Assembly (NCBI GenBank): GCA_046715295.1
Contig: JBKJZM010000167.1
Span: 1 to 38,398 of the forward strand
DNA: 38,398 nucleotides
Origin: Gemmatimonadales bacterium
GTDB taxonomy: Bacteria > Gemmatimonadota > Gemmatimonadetes > Gemmatimonadales > GWC2-71-9
Direction of reading: 5' to 3'
Shown here: positions 1-7,723 of the stretch, piece after piece
Numbering within the stretch: position 1 is the first letter of the stretch
How the letters are laid out: every line of letters starts with the position of its first letter
The notes under the pieces: model-generated
Seen by the model: the letters and a program-made list of their open reading frames with translations, nothing else
Databases searched by the model: none
What the model was told of the DNA's origin: nothing
Program-made: the position numbers and the translations under genes

Positions 1-64
1 ATGGCAGAGAGGCGGTGTTCGTCAGGCTGGGTAGATGGTTTTGACCATCCACCTCAGGGTCACG

Positions 65-625
65 TCACAACTGTCCGGCATAGGTGGCGGATCTGGGCTC
101 GGGCGGTCCATACCGCCCGTTGGGCCCGTGCAGCCGGTGCCACTCCTCTCGCAGGCAGAACGGGTCGAGCCCCTGCGGCCGGTCGACCGCCAGGACGCCG
201 TCGAGGTGATCGATTTCGTGCTGTAGAAGCTCCGCTCGATCCCCCTCCACCTCGATCTCGTTCCACTCCCCTTTCAGATCCTGATACCGGACCTTGATGC
301 GGTAGGCTCGGGATACCCTGACCAGGAGATTGGGGAAGGAAAAGCAGTCGTCCCACACCTCGAAGTCCTCGTTCCCGATATCGATGATCTCCGGGTTGAT
401 CAGGGTCCAGGGCTGGTCCATCTCAACGTAGACCATGCGTACCGGTGCCCCGATCTGCGGCGCCGCAATCGCACGTCCGCTCCCGAAGCGGGATTGCCAA
501 TCGCGGAGGGTTTCCCGCATGTCGTCCATGATCACCCGCACTGCCGTGGAGCGCGGCTTGGTGATTGGCTCGCACTTTGTGCGCAGGATCGGGTCACCCA
601 GAAGTCGGATCCGGTGGATGGTCAT
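65..625 (-). CDS. def: peptide deformylase
   Basis: ORF 65..664(-). It has the three deformylase motifs in canonical order: GRAIAAPQIG, DDCFSFP (EGCLS-type) and HEIDHLDG (HExxH). Start placed at the Met of MTIHRIRLLGDPILR (625); in-frame alternatives at 637 and 664. Confidence 0.9.
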   Translation of the reverse strand: MTIHRIRLLGDPILRTKCEPITKPRSTAVRVIMDDMRETLRDWQSRFGSGRAIAAPQIGAPVRMVYVEMDQPWTLINPEIIDIGNEDFEVWDDCFSFPNLLVRVSRAYRIKVRYQDLKGEWNEIEVEGDRAELLQHEIDHLDGVLAVDRPQGLDPFCLREEWHRLHGPNGRYGPPEPRSATYAGQL

Positions 626-841
626 GAGATACACCATTGTAGGAGTGGGCAGTAGGCTCCCCAAATATGTGAAAAGGGCTTCGAATCAACCAGCGGCACG
701 CCTGAAGGAGGCGTTCAAATTAGAGGTATAATTAACTACTACTTTAATACCATAAAACGCTTGTGCAAAGGTGAATTAACCTAGCAGTATAACCCATACT
801 CATGACTGTGCTTATGAGTTCGCACCACTTTTCAGCTTGAA

Positions 842-870
842 TTGACAATCCCGACTATTTTACTTATGAT
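842..870 (+). promoter_or_regulatory. sigma70-type promoter TTGACA-17 nt-TATGAT in front of sufR
   Basis: TTGACA at 842..847, a 17-nt spacer, then TATGAT at 865..870. It lies in an AT-rich ~200-bp divergent intergenic region (def / sufR). The first ATG of sufR is at 876 and no Shine-Dalgarno sequence lies in between. Confidence 0.55.
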
Positions 871-875
871 TGCTC

Positions 876-1589
876 ATGGAAGCCGCAATCCCCTCCCGCG
901 CCAGCGGACCAGCAGCGGTCCCCTTGGGCCTCCAGGGTGCCCGTGGCTTAGTGCTGATCGAGCTCAAGAGAGCCCACCGGCTGACTGCCAAAGAATTGGC
1001 CACCAAGCTCGGCGTCTCGCTCAATGCTGTGCGGCACCACCTCAAGGAACTCGAGGCCGTCGCGCTGGTCGAGTACGAGCGCCAGCACCGCGGAGTAGGT
1101 GCTCCCGCGTTCGCGTATCGATTGAGCGCAGCGGGGCAGGCGCTCTTTCCCCGGCGCTACGAGGCCACTCTTACCGAGCTGCTCGACTACGTGGTTGAGC
1201 GTGAGGGTCGCGCCACGGCCGTGGCGGTTCTGGAAGCCCGGTATGATGCACACAGCCGGCGGCTGCAGCATGAGCTGGCCGGAGCGACTCCGGCCCAACG
1301 AATGGCCGCAGTGACCCAGCTGCTATCTGATGATGGCTACATGGCGGAGGGAACTACCTTTGCTGAGACGGGAACCCTGATCGAGCACAACTGTGCCATT
1401 CAGGCCGTAGCCCAGCGCTTCCCGGAGATCTGTGCGGCAGAAGCCAGGTTTCTTGCTGCCGCTCTGGGCGCTGAAGTCGATCGCCACGAGCACATATTGA
1501 GCGGTTGCAGCGCATGCGAGTACCGGGTGCGTTTCAGTGCCGCCACCGGATTAGGGGCGCAAGAGCCCCAGTCAGAGGAGAGCGCATGA
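876..1589 (+). CDS. sufR: SufR-like winged-helix transcriptional regulator of the suf operon
   Basis: ORF 870..1589(+). N-terminal ArsR/DeoR-like HTH ([32 protein letters not shown]). C-terminal four-Cys cluster C-X12-C-X24-C-X2-C (HNC...EIC...SGCSAC). Stop overlaps the sufB start (ATGA at 1586..1589). Start is ATG 876 or TTG 870. Confidence 0.8.
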   Translation: MEAAIPSRASGPAAVPLGLQGARGLVLIELKRAHRLTAKELATKLGVSLNAVRHHLKELEAVALVEYERQHRGVGAPAFAYRLSAAGQALFPRRYEATLTELLDYVVEREGRATAVAVLEARYDAHSRRLQHELAGATPAQRMAAVTQLLSDDGYMAEGTTFAETGTLIEHNCAIQAVAQRFPEICAAEARFLAAALGAEVDRHEHILSGCSACEYRVRFSAATGLGAQEPQSEESA

Positions 1590-3025
1590 GTTCGTCAGTC
1601 GAAACCCTGGTTAATCAGGAGTACAAGTACGGCTTCGTAACCGATATCGAAGCCGATGAAGCGCCCATGGGCTTGAGCGAGGACATCGTGCGCCTCATCT
1701 CGGCCAAGAAGGGTGAGCCCGGGTGGCTGCTCGACTGGCGGCTCAAGGCCTACCGGGGCTGGCTGAAAATGAGCGAGCCCCACAACTGGCCCAACATCAA
1801 GTACGAGCCTGTCAATTATCAGGGGCTTCGCTACTATTCCGCGCCCAAGACCAAGACCCCGCTGGGGAGTCTTGATGACGTCGATCCCAAGCTGCTCGAG
1901 ACCTATCAGAAGCTCGGCATTCCGTTGACGGAACAGAAGCTCCTCGCCGGGGTAGCGGTCGATGCCATCTTCGACAGCGTCTCCGTCGGCACCACCTACA
2001 AAGCCAAATTGGCTGAGGTAGGGGTCATCTTCTGCTCCTTTGGCGAGGCCGTACGGGAGCATCCGGAGCTGGTCCGGAAATACCTCGGGTCGGTCGTGCC
2101 GGCCAGTGATAACTTCTTCGCTGCCTTGAACGCCGCGGTGTTCAGCGACGGGTCCTTCGTGTTCGTCCCCAAGGGTGTCCGGTGTCCCATGGAGCTGTCC
2201 ACCTACTTCCGGATCAATGCAGCGGATACGGGTCAGTTCGAACGGACGCTGATCGTCGCCGAGGAGGGCGCATCCGTGAGCTACCTCGAGGGTTGCACGG
2301 CGCCCAAGCGGGACGAGAATCAGCTGCACGCCGCGGTAGTCGAGCTGGTGGCTCTCGACGACGCCACGATCAAGTATTCCACGGTGCAGAACTGGTACGC
2401 CGGAGATGCCCAGGGCAAGGGCGGTATCTACAACTTCGTGACCAAACGAGGGAAGTGCGTCGGGGTCAACTCAAAGATTTCCTGGACCCAGGTCGAGACC
2501 GGGTCTGCCATCACCTGGAAGTATCCGAGCGTCATCCTGCAGGGAGACAACTCGGTGGGCGAGTTTTACTCCGTGGCGGTGGTCAACGGGAGGCAGCAGG
2601 CTGACACCGGTACCAAGATGATCCACCTGGGGAAGAATACCCGCAGCACCATCGTATCCAAGGGTATTTCGGCGGGTCAAGGTCAGAACAGTTATCGCGG
2701 CCTGGTCAAGGTGCTCCCGAAGGCGGCCGGCGCGCGCAACTACACCCAGTGCGACTCCATGCTCATAGGCAACCGCTGTGGGGCGCACACCTTCCCCTAC
2801 ATCGATGTGCAGAACTCCACGGCCTCGGTCGAGCACGAGGCGTCGACCTCGAAGATCGGCGAGGATCAGATCTTCTATCTGAAGCAGCGGGGCCTGAATA
2901 CCGAGAACGCCATCTCGATGATCGTGAACGGCTTCTGCAAGGAAGTCTTTAAGGAGCTCCCGATGGAGTTCGCTGTCGAAGCACAGAAGCTGCTGGGTGT
3001 GAGTCTGGAAGGAAGCGTGGGCTAG
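1586..3025 (+). CDS. sufB: Fe-S cluster assembly scaffold SufB
   Basis: ORF 1505..3025(+). Start placed at [17 protein letters not shown] (1586), overlapping the sufR stop. Full-length SufB-like sequence ([33 protein letters not shown]). Confidence 0.95.
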   Translation: MSSSVETLVNQEYKYGFVTDIEADEAPMGLSEDIVRLISAKKGEPGWLLDWRLKAYRGWLKMSEPHNWPNIKYEPVNYQGLRYYSAPKTKTPLGSLDDVDPKLLETYQKLGIPLTEQKLLAGVAVDAIFDSVSVGTTYKAKLAEVGVIFCSFGEAVREHPELVRKYLGSVVPASDNFFAALNAAVFSDGSFVFVPKGVRCPMELSTYFRINAADTGQFERTLIVAEEGASVSYLEGCTAPKRDENQLHAAVVELVALDDATIKYSTVQNWYAGDAQGKGGIYNFVTKRGKCVGVNSKISWTQVETGSAITWKYPSVILQGDNSVGEFYSVAVVNGRQQADTGTKMIHLGKNTRSTIVSKGISAGQGQNSYRGLVKVLPKAAGARNYTQCDSMLIGNRCGAHTFPYIDVQNSTASVEHEASTSKIGEDQIFYLKQRGLNTENAISMIVNGFCKEVFKELPMEFAVEAQKLLGVSLEGSVG

Positions 3026-3053
3026 GCTCTAGGGACAACGAGGAGAATCGCGA

Positions 3054-3812
3054 GTGCTGGAAATCAAAGGCCTCCGGGCCAGTGCCGGAGACAAGGAAAT
3101 TCTCAAGGGCATCGATCTCACCGTCAACGCCGGTGAAGTTCACGCCGTCATGGGCCCCAACGGGTCCGGTAAGAGCACGTTGGCCCAGGTGCTGGCCGGC
3201 CATCCCGCCTATGAGGTAACCGCCGGCCAGGTACTCTATGAGGGAACCGATCTCCTCGACATGGACCCTGAGGTTCGTGCCCAGGCCGGAATCTTCCTCG
3301 CCTTTCAGTACCCGGTGGAGATCCCGGGCATTAGTAACGCGTACTTTCTTCGGGCCGCTTACAATGAAATCCGCAAGTCCAAGGGCCTCGAGGAAGTTGA
3401 TTCGATGGACTTCCTCGATCTGCTCGAGCAAAAGCTCCAGTTGGTGGAGTGGGGCCCCGAGATCATGAGCCGGGCAGTGAACTCCGGCTTCTCCGGCGGA
3501 GAGAAGAAACGCAACGAAATCCTTCAAATGGCAGTGCTCGAGCCTAAGCTCGCCATCCTGGACGAGACCGACTCGGGGCTCGACATCGATGCGCTTCGAA
3601 TCGTGGCCAGCGGGGTGAACGCCCTGCGCAAACCGGATAATGCCACCATCATCGTCACCCATTACCAGCGACTGCTCAACTACATCGTGCCCGACCAGGT
3701 ACACGTCTTGTCCGCGGGCAGGATTGTGCGGTCGGGGGGCAAGGACCTCGCCCTCGAGCTTGAGGCCAGAGGGTATGAGTGGCTGGAGCAGGAGGTAGGG
3801 GCGGCGTCGTGA
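3054..3812 (+). CDS. sufC: Fe-S cluster assembly ATPase SufC
   Basis: GTG start. Walker A GPNGSGKST, signature FSGGEKKR, Walker B LAILDETDSGLD, and a C-terminal YEW typical of SufC. Confidence 0.95.
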   Translation: MLEIKGLRASAGDKEILKGIDLTVNAGEVHAVMGPNGSGKSTLAQVLAGHPAYEVTAGQVLYEGTDLLDMDPEVRAQAGIFLAFQYPVEIPGISNAYFLRAAYNEIRKSKGLEEVDSMDFLDLLEQKLQLVEWGPEIMSRAVNSGFSGGEKKRNEILQMAVLEPKLAILDETDSGLDIDALRIVASGVNALRKPDNATIIVTHYQRLLNYIVPDQVHVLSAGRIVRSGGKDLALELEARGYEWLEQEVGAAS

Positions 3813-5116
3813 GGGAAGCCAAGCTGCAGGAATTTGGAGTAAGGGCCCCGGTAGCCACCTCGGAGACACCCGACTGGCTGGAGCCTGTCCGGAAGGCGGC
3901 GGTTGACCGATTCGCAGCGATCGGGTTCCCGACCGCCCGAGACGAAGAGTGGCGCTTTACTCCTCTTGCGCCGATTGCCCAGGGCACTTGGCGTCAGAGC
4001 TCGGGCACGTCGCATCGGATTACCCGCGAGCAGCTCGCGCCATTCATCTTCGGGCACCCCGAGTGGACCACCCTTGTGTTCGTGGACGGCGTGCACAGTG
4101 AGGCGCTTAGCTCCACCGGCGAGCTGGCAGCCGGGGTCCGGGTGGGAAGCTTGGCTGCGGCGCTGCGGGCCGACGGCGTCATGCTGGAGAAGCACTTGGC
4201 CCGCCACGCCTCTATCGAATCGAGTCCCTTCACCGCGCTCAGCACCGCGTTCATGCGCGATGGCGGTTTTCTTCATGTCCCGGCCGACACGGAACTCACC
4301 CGGCCGGTCCATTTGGTCTTCGTGGCGACTCGCGACGCAGCCGGCAGCGTCGCCCATCCTCGGAATTTGATCGTAATCGAGCGGGGAGCCCGGGCGTCGG
4401 TCATCGAGAGCTACGTGAGCTTGGCTGAGGGCGCGAGCTACTGGACCAATGCGGTAACCGAGGTCGTTGCCGGCGCCAACTCCTGGATCGAGCACACCAG
4501 GATACAACGCGAGAGCGAACGAGCCTACCATGTCGGGCTGACTCACGTGGAGCAGCAACGAGACAGCCATTACCGGTCATTCACCCTGGCCATGGGCGGC
4601 GCCCTGGCCCGGCACAATCTCCACGCCCACCTGAACGGTGAGAACGTGGAGACCCTGATGTACGGGCTGTATCTGACCCGGGGCGAGCAGGTGGTGGACA
4701 ATCACACCGCGATCTATCACGACCAGCCCAACTGCCGCAGCTGGGAGGTCTACAAGGGGGTGCTGGACGGCCGGTCCCGCGCGGTGTTCAATGGCAAGGT
4801 GTTCGTGAAGCCGGAGGCGCAGAAGACCGACGCCAAGCAGACCAATCGAAACCTGCTGCTGAGCGACACGGCTAAGGTGGATACCAAGCCCCAGCTCGAA
4901 ATCTTCGCGGACGACGTGAAGTGCACCCACGGCGCCACCGTCGGCCGGCTGGATGACGTCGCGCTCTTCTATGCCCGAAGCCGGGGCGTCCCGGCGGAGA
5001 AGGCGCAGCGGCTCCTGACCTACGCCTTTGCCGCCGAGGTCACCTCGGAAATCGCCCTCGAGCCGGTACGAGATGAGCTGGATCGGCTGGTCCGCGACCG
5101 ACTGGGGGAGATGTGA
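3809..5116 (+). CDS. sufD: Fe-S cluster assembly protein SufD
   Basis: ORF 3779..5116(+). A GTG at 3809 overlaps the sufC stop (GTGA). SufD-type C-terminal beta-helix with FADDVKCTHGATVGRLD. Confidence 0.9.
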   Translation: MREAKLQEFGVRAPVATSETPDWLEPVRKAAVDRFAAIGFPTARDEEWRFTPLAPIAQGTWRQSSGTSHRITREQLAPFIFGHPEWTTLVFVDGVHSEALSSTGELAAGVRVGSLAAALRADGVMLEKHLARHASIESSPFTALSTAFMRDGGFLHVPADTELTRPVHLVFVATRDAAGSVAHPRNLIVIERGARASVIESYVSLAEGASYWTNAVTEVVAGANSWIEHTRIQRESERAYHVGLTHVEQQRDSHYRSFTLAMGGALARHNLHAHLNGENVETLMYGLYLTRGEQVVDNHTAIYHDQPNCRSWEVYKGVLDGRSRAVFNGKVFVKPEAQKTDAKQTNRNLLLSDTAKVDTKPQLEIFADDVKCTHGATVGRLDDVALFYARSRGVPAEKAQRLLTYAFAAEVTSEIALEPVRDELDRLVRDRLGEM

Positions 5117-6447
5117 GGGGGACAGCGGGGCGGGTGCCCTCCGGGCGGGGGGACAGCGGGGCAGTAACTGCCCAGCAGATCACCTCTGCAGGTGCTGTTG
5201 CTGTCCCGCCGTCCCGCCGTCCCGCCGTCCCGCTGGATGTCGCCCGCATCCGGGAAGACTTCCCCATCCTCCGCCAACGGATCCGGGGAAAGCCCCTCGT
5301 CTATCTCGATAACGCAGCCACCAGTCAGAAGCCTCAGGTCGTCATCGACGCGGTCAGCCGGTTCTATAGCGCCGAGAACGCCAATATCCACCGGGGCGTC
5401 CACTACCTGAGTGAGCGGGCCACGATCAGCTATGACGAAGCACGGGACAAGGTCGCCCGGTTCTTGAACGCTTATTCCAGCCGGGAGATCATTTTTACCA
5501 GGGGCACGACGGAAGGCATCAACCTCGTCGCCCAGACCTACGGACGATCCCACCTCAAGTCTGGCGACGACATTGTTATAACAGCAATGGAACACCACTC
5601 CAACATCGTCCCGTGGCAGCTGGTCTGCGAGCAGACCGGGGCGACGCTCCGGGCCGCGCCGATCAACGATGAGGGTGAGCTGGATCTCGACGCGTTCGAG
5701 CGGCTCCTTGGCGACCGCACCCGCCTCGTCGCCGTGGTTCACCTCTCCAATGCGCTTGGTACCATAAACCCGATCAAGCGGCTGGTAGCCCTGGCCCACA
5801 GCCGCGGAATCCCCGTCCTGGTAGACGGCGCCCAGGCGGCCCCCCACCTTCGGGTGGACGTTCAGGACCTGGACTGCGATTTCTTCGCCTTCTCGGGCCA
5901 CAAGGTTTTTGGGCCCACCGGCGTGGGGGTCCTCTATGGAAGGGAATCCCTCTTGGAGCACATGCCGCCCTACCAAGGCGGTGGTGACATGATCGCGACA
6001 GTAACGCTACAGCGTTCGACATGGGCTCCGCTACCAGCTAAATTCGAGGCTGGCACCCCGATGATTGCCCAAGTCATGGGTCTTGGTGCCGCGCTCGACT
6101 ACGTGAACCACGTCGGCCTGGATGCCATTACCGCTTGGGAGCGGGACCTGCTTCGATACGCGACGGAACGCGTCAGCCAGATCGAGGGAATCCGGCTGAT
6201 CGGCACCGCGCGGGAGAAGGCCAGTGTGCTGGGATTCGTGCTCGAGGGCGTGCACCCCCATGACATCGGCACGGTGTTGGATGACGCGGGGGTGGCCATC
6301 AGAGCTGGGCATCACTGTGCCCAACCGGTAATGGAACGCTTCGGCGTTCCGGCAACGGCCCGAGCCTCGTTCGCCTTCTACAATACCCGAGAGGAAATCG
6401 ACGCCTTGGTCGATGGTATCATGACTGTCAAGAAGATGTTTGCTTGA
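5113..6447 (+). CDS. sufS: cysteine desulfurase SufS (class II aminotransferase V)
   Basis: FPIL...LVYLDNAATSQKP, HHSNIVPW, PLP-lysine motif FSGHKVFGPTGVG, and catalytic-Cys loop RAGHHCAQP. GTG 5113 overlaps the sufD stop (GTGA). GTG 5134 is an alternative start. There is a ~40-aa Gly/Pro/Arg-rich N-terminal extension. Confidence 0.93.
   Translation: MRGTAGRVPSGRGDSGAVTAQQITSAGAVAVPPSRRPAVPLDVARIREDFPILRQRIRGKPLVYLDNAATSQKPQVVIDAVSRFYSAENANIHRGVHYLSERATISYDEARDKVARFLNAYSSREIIFTRGTTEGINLVAQTYGRSHLKSGDDIVITAMEHHSNIVPWQLVCEQTGATLRAAPINDEGELDLDAFERLLGDRTRLVAVVHLSNALGTINPIKRLVALAHSRGIPVLVDGAQAAPHLRVDVQDLDCDFFAFSGHKVFGPTGVGVLYGRESLLEHMPPYQGGGDMIATVTLQRSTWAPLPAKFEAGTPMIAQVMGLGAALDYVNHVGLDAITAWERDLLRYATERVSQIEGIRLIGTAREKASVLGFVLEGVHPHDIGTVLDDAGVAIRAGHHCAQPVMERFGVPATARASFAFYNTREEIDALVDGIMTVKKMFA
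5203..5234. repeat. tandem octamer (GTCCCGCC) x3 plus GTCCCGCT, inside the sufS N-terminal extension
   Basis: Read directly: GTCCCGCC at 5203, 5211 and 5219, and GTCCCGCT at 5227. A 15-bp direct repeat GGGGGACAGCGGGGC also occurs at 5117..5131 and 5148..5162. Confidence 0.9.
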
Positions 6448-6896
6448 TGGCGACTCTTAGCGGGCTCTACCAAGACCTGATTCTGGACCACAATCGGGCG
6501 CCCCAAAATTTCCGCCCGATGGAGGATGCCAACCGCCGGGTCGAAGGATTCAATCCACTCTGTGGCGATCGGTTGACGGTCTGGCTTAAGTTGGAGGGCG
6601 AGGTCATCAAGGACGCCACGTTCCAGGGCTCGGGCTGCGCCATTTCCAAGGCCTCCGCTTCGCTGATGACCAGCGCAGTCAAAGGAAAGACCCGAGTGGA
6701 AGCCGAGGCCCTGTTCGAGCGGTTCCATCGGCTGGTCACCGAAGGGATGGAGCAGGCCGAAGCGGAGTCGCTCGGCAAGCTGGCGGCATTCTCCGGCCTC
6801 TCGGAATTCCCAATTCGAGTGAAATGTGCCAGCCTTTCCTGGCATGCAATGAAGGCGGCCCTCAATGAGCCGGACACGGCTGTCTCCACCGAGTAG
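6444..6896 (+). CDS. sufU: SufU-type (IscU-like) sulfur-transfer/scaffold protein
   Basis: NPLCGD, GSGCAISKASAS and VKCASLSW give the conserved Cys/Asp ligand pattern. ATGA overlap with the sufS stop. Confidence 0.9.
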   Translation: MMATLSGLYQDLILDHNRAPQNFRPMEDANRRVEGFNPLCGDRLTVWLKLEGEVIKDATFQGSGCAISKASASLMTSAVKGKTRVEAEALFERFHRLVTEGMEQAEAESLGKLAAFSGLSEFPIRVKCASLSWHAMKAALNEPDTAVSTE

Positions 6897-6931
6897 ACCC
6901 CACAACACTCATGCAATAAGGAAGAGAACTA

Positions 6932-7360
6932 ATGCCTTACAATCCCACGCTTGTCGCCCCGATGCGAGCCGAAGTCACCCGTCTCGGCGCCAGGGAGCTC
7001 ACCAGCGCCACCGAGGTCGATGCGGCTTTGGGCGACCAGAAGGGGTCAATGCTGGTGTTCGTGAACTCGGTTTGCGGGTGTGCCGCTGGGAACGCCCGTC
7101 CCGCGCTCGCCCTGGCGCTCAAGCACAGTGTGGTACCTCAGCAGGTGGTGACCGTATTCGCTGGCCAGGACATCGATGCCGTGGCACGGGCCCGACAGTA
7201 CTTCGGCGAGTATCAACCCAGTAGCCCGTCGATGGCGCTCTTACGGGATGGCGAAGTGGTTCATTTTGTCCACCGCCACCAGATCGAGGGTCGTTCACCC
7301 CAGTCAATCGCCAGTGACCTCACGGCCGCGTTCGACCGGCTCTTCGGCGCTACGGTCTAA
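6932..7360 (+). CDS. bacilliredoxin (BrxA/BrxB, YphP/YqiW family, DUF1094)
   Basis: VNSVCGCAAG redox motif, VFAGQD, PSSPSMALL and VHF..RH.IEG. It can be aligned along its length to Bacillus YphP as I remember that sequence. AGGAAG Shine-Dalgarno 36 nt after sufU. Confidence 0.9.
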   Translation: MPYNPTLVAPMRAEVTRLGARELTSATEVDAALGDQKGSMLVFVNSVCGCAAGNARPALALALKHSVVPQQVVTVFAGQDIDAVARARQYFGEYQPSSPSMALLRDGEVVHFVHRHQIEGRSPQSIASDLTAAFDRLFGATV

Positions 7361-7365
7361 GAGCT

Positions 7366-7650
7366 ATGTCAGGGCACGTTTTTCATCCGGGTCACGCGGA
7401 GCTGCACGGGATCACGGTCGTGGTCGAGACCACGGGGTCGGTGACCTATGTGGGTCGGTACGATAGCGAGGATGAGCACGGGGTGCTCATGCTGGATGTC
7501 GGAGTCCACGATGCCGCGGCGGGAGGCGGGTCACGGGAGGAGTACGTCCGGAAGAGCGCCAAATTCGGGATCCGGAGCGACCATAAGCACCTGCTTGTAC
7601 CAGCCAACCAGGTTTCCCGAATCACCAAACTGGAAGAACCAGGGCCCTAG
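7366..7650 (+). CDS. hypothetical small protein, possibly Sm/LSm-like fold
   Basis: 94-aa ORF starting 5 nt after the bacilliredoxin stop, with GC-rich third positions. ITVVVETTGSVTYVGRYDSEDEHGVLMLDV resembles an Sm1 segment and LLVPANQVSRI an Sm2 segment. The fold call rests on this pattern only. Confidence 0.6.
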   Translation: MSGHVFHPGHAELHGITVVVETTGSVTYVGRYDSEDEHGVLMLDVGVHDAAAGGGSREEYVRKSAKFGIRSDHKHLLVPANQVSRITKLEEPGP

Positions 7651-7723
7651 TCACTTACTGTCCGCTCGATGTCGTTAAGATGCCATACGGCACGCCCCAC
7701 TACGCCCTTTGCTACATTGATGT

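Noticed and set aside
1-297. 98-aa plus-strand ORF at the left edge and a possible minus-strand gene starting near 52 and running off the window
   Set aside because: The plus-strand ORF is antisense to def and Arg/Pro/Ala-rich. The minus-strand frame after def (GTG 52: VDGQNHLPSLTNTASLP..) has only 17 visible codons, its Shine-Dalgarno-like GAGG abuts the start, and it does not resemble Fmt. That is too little sequence to call.
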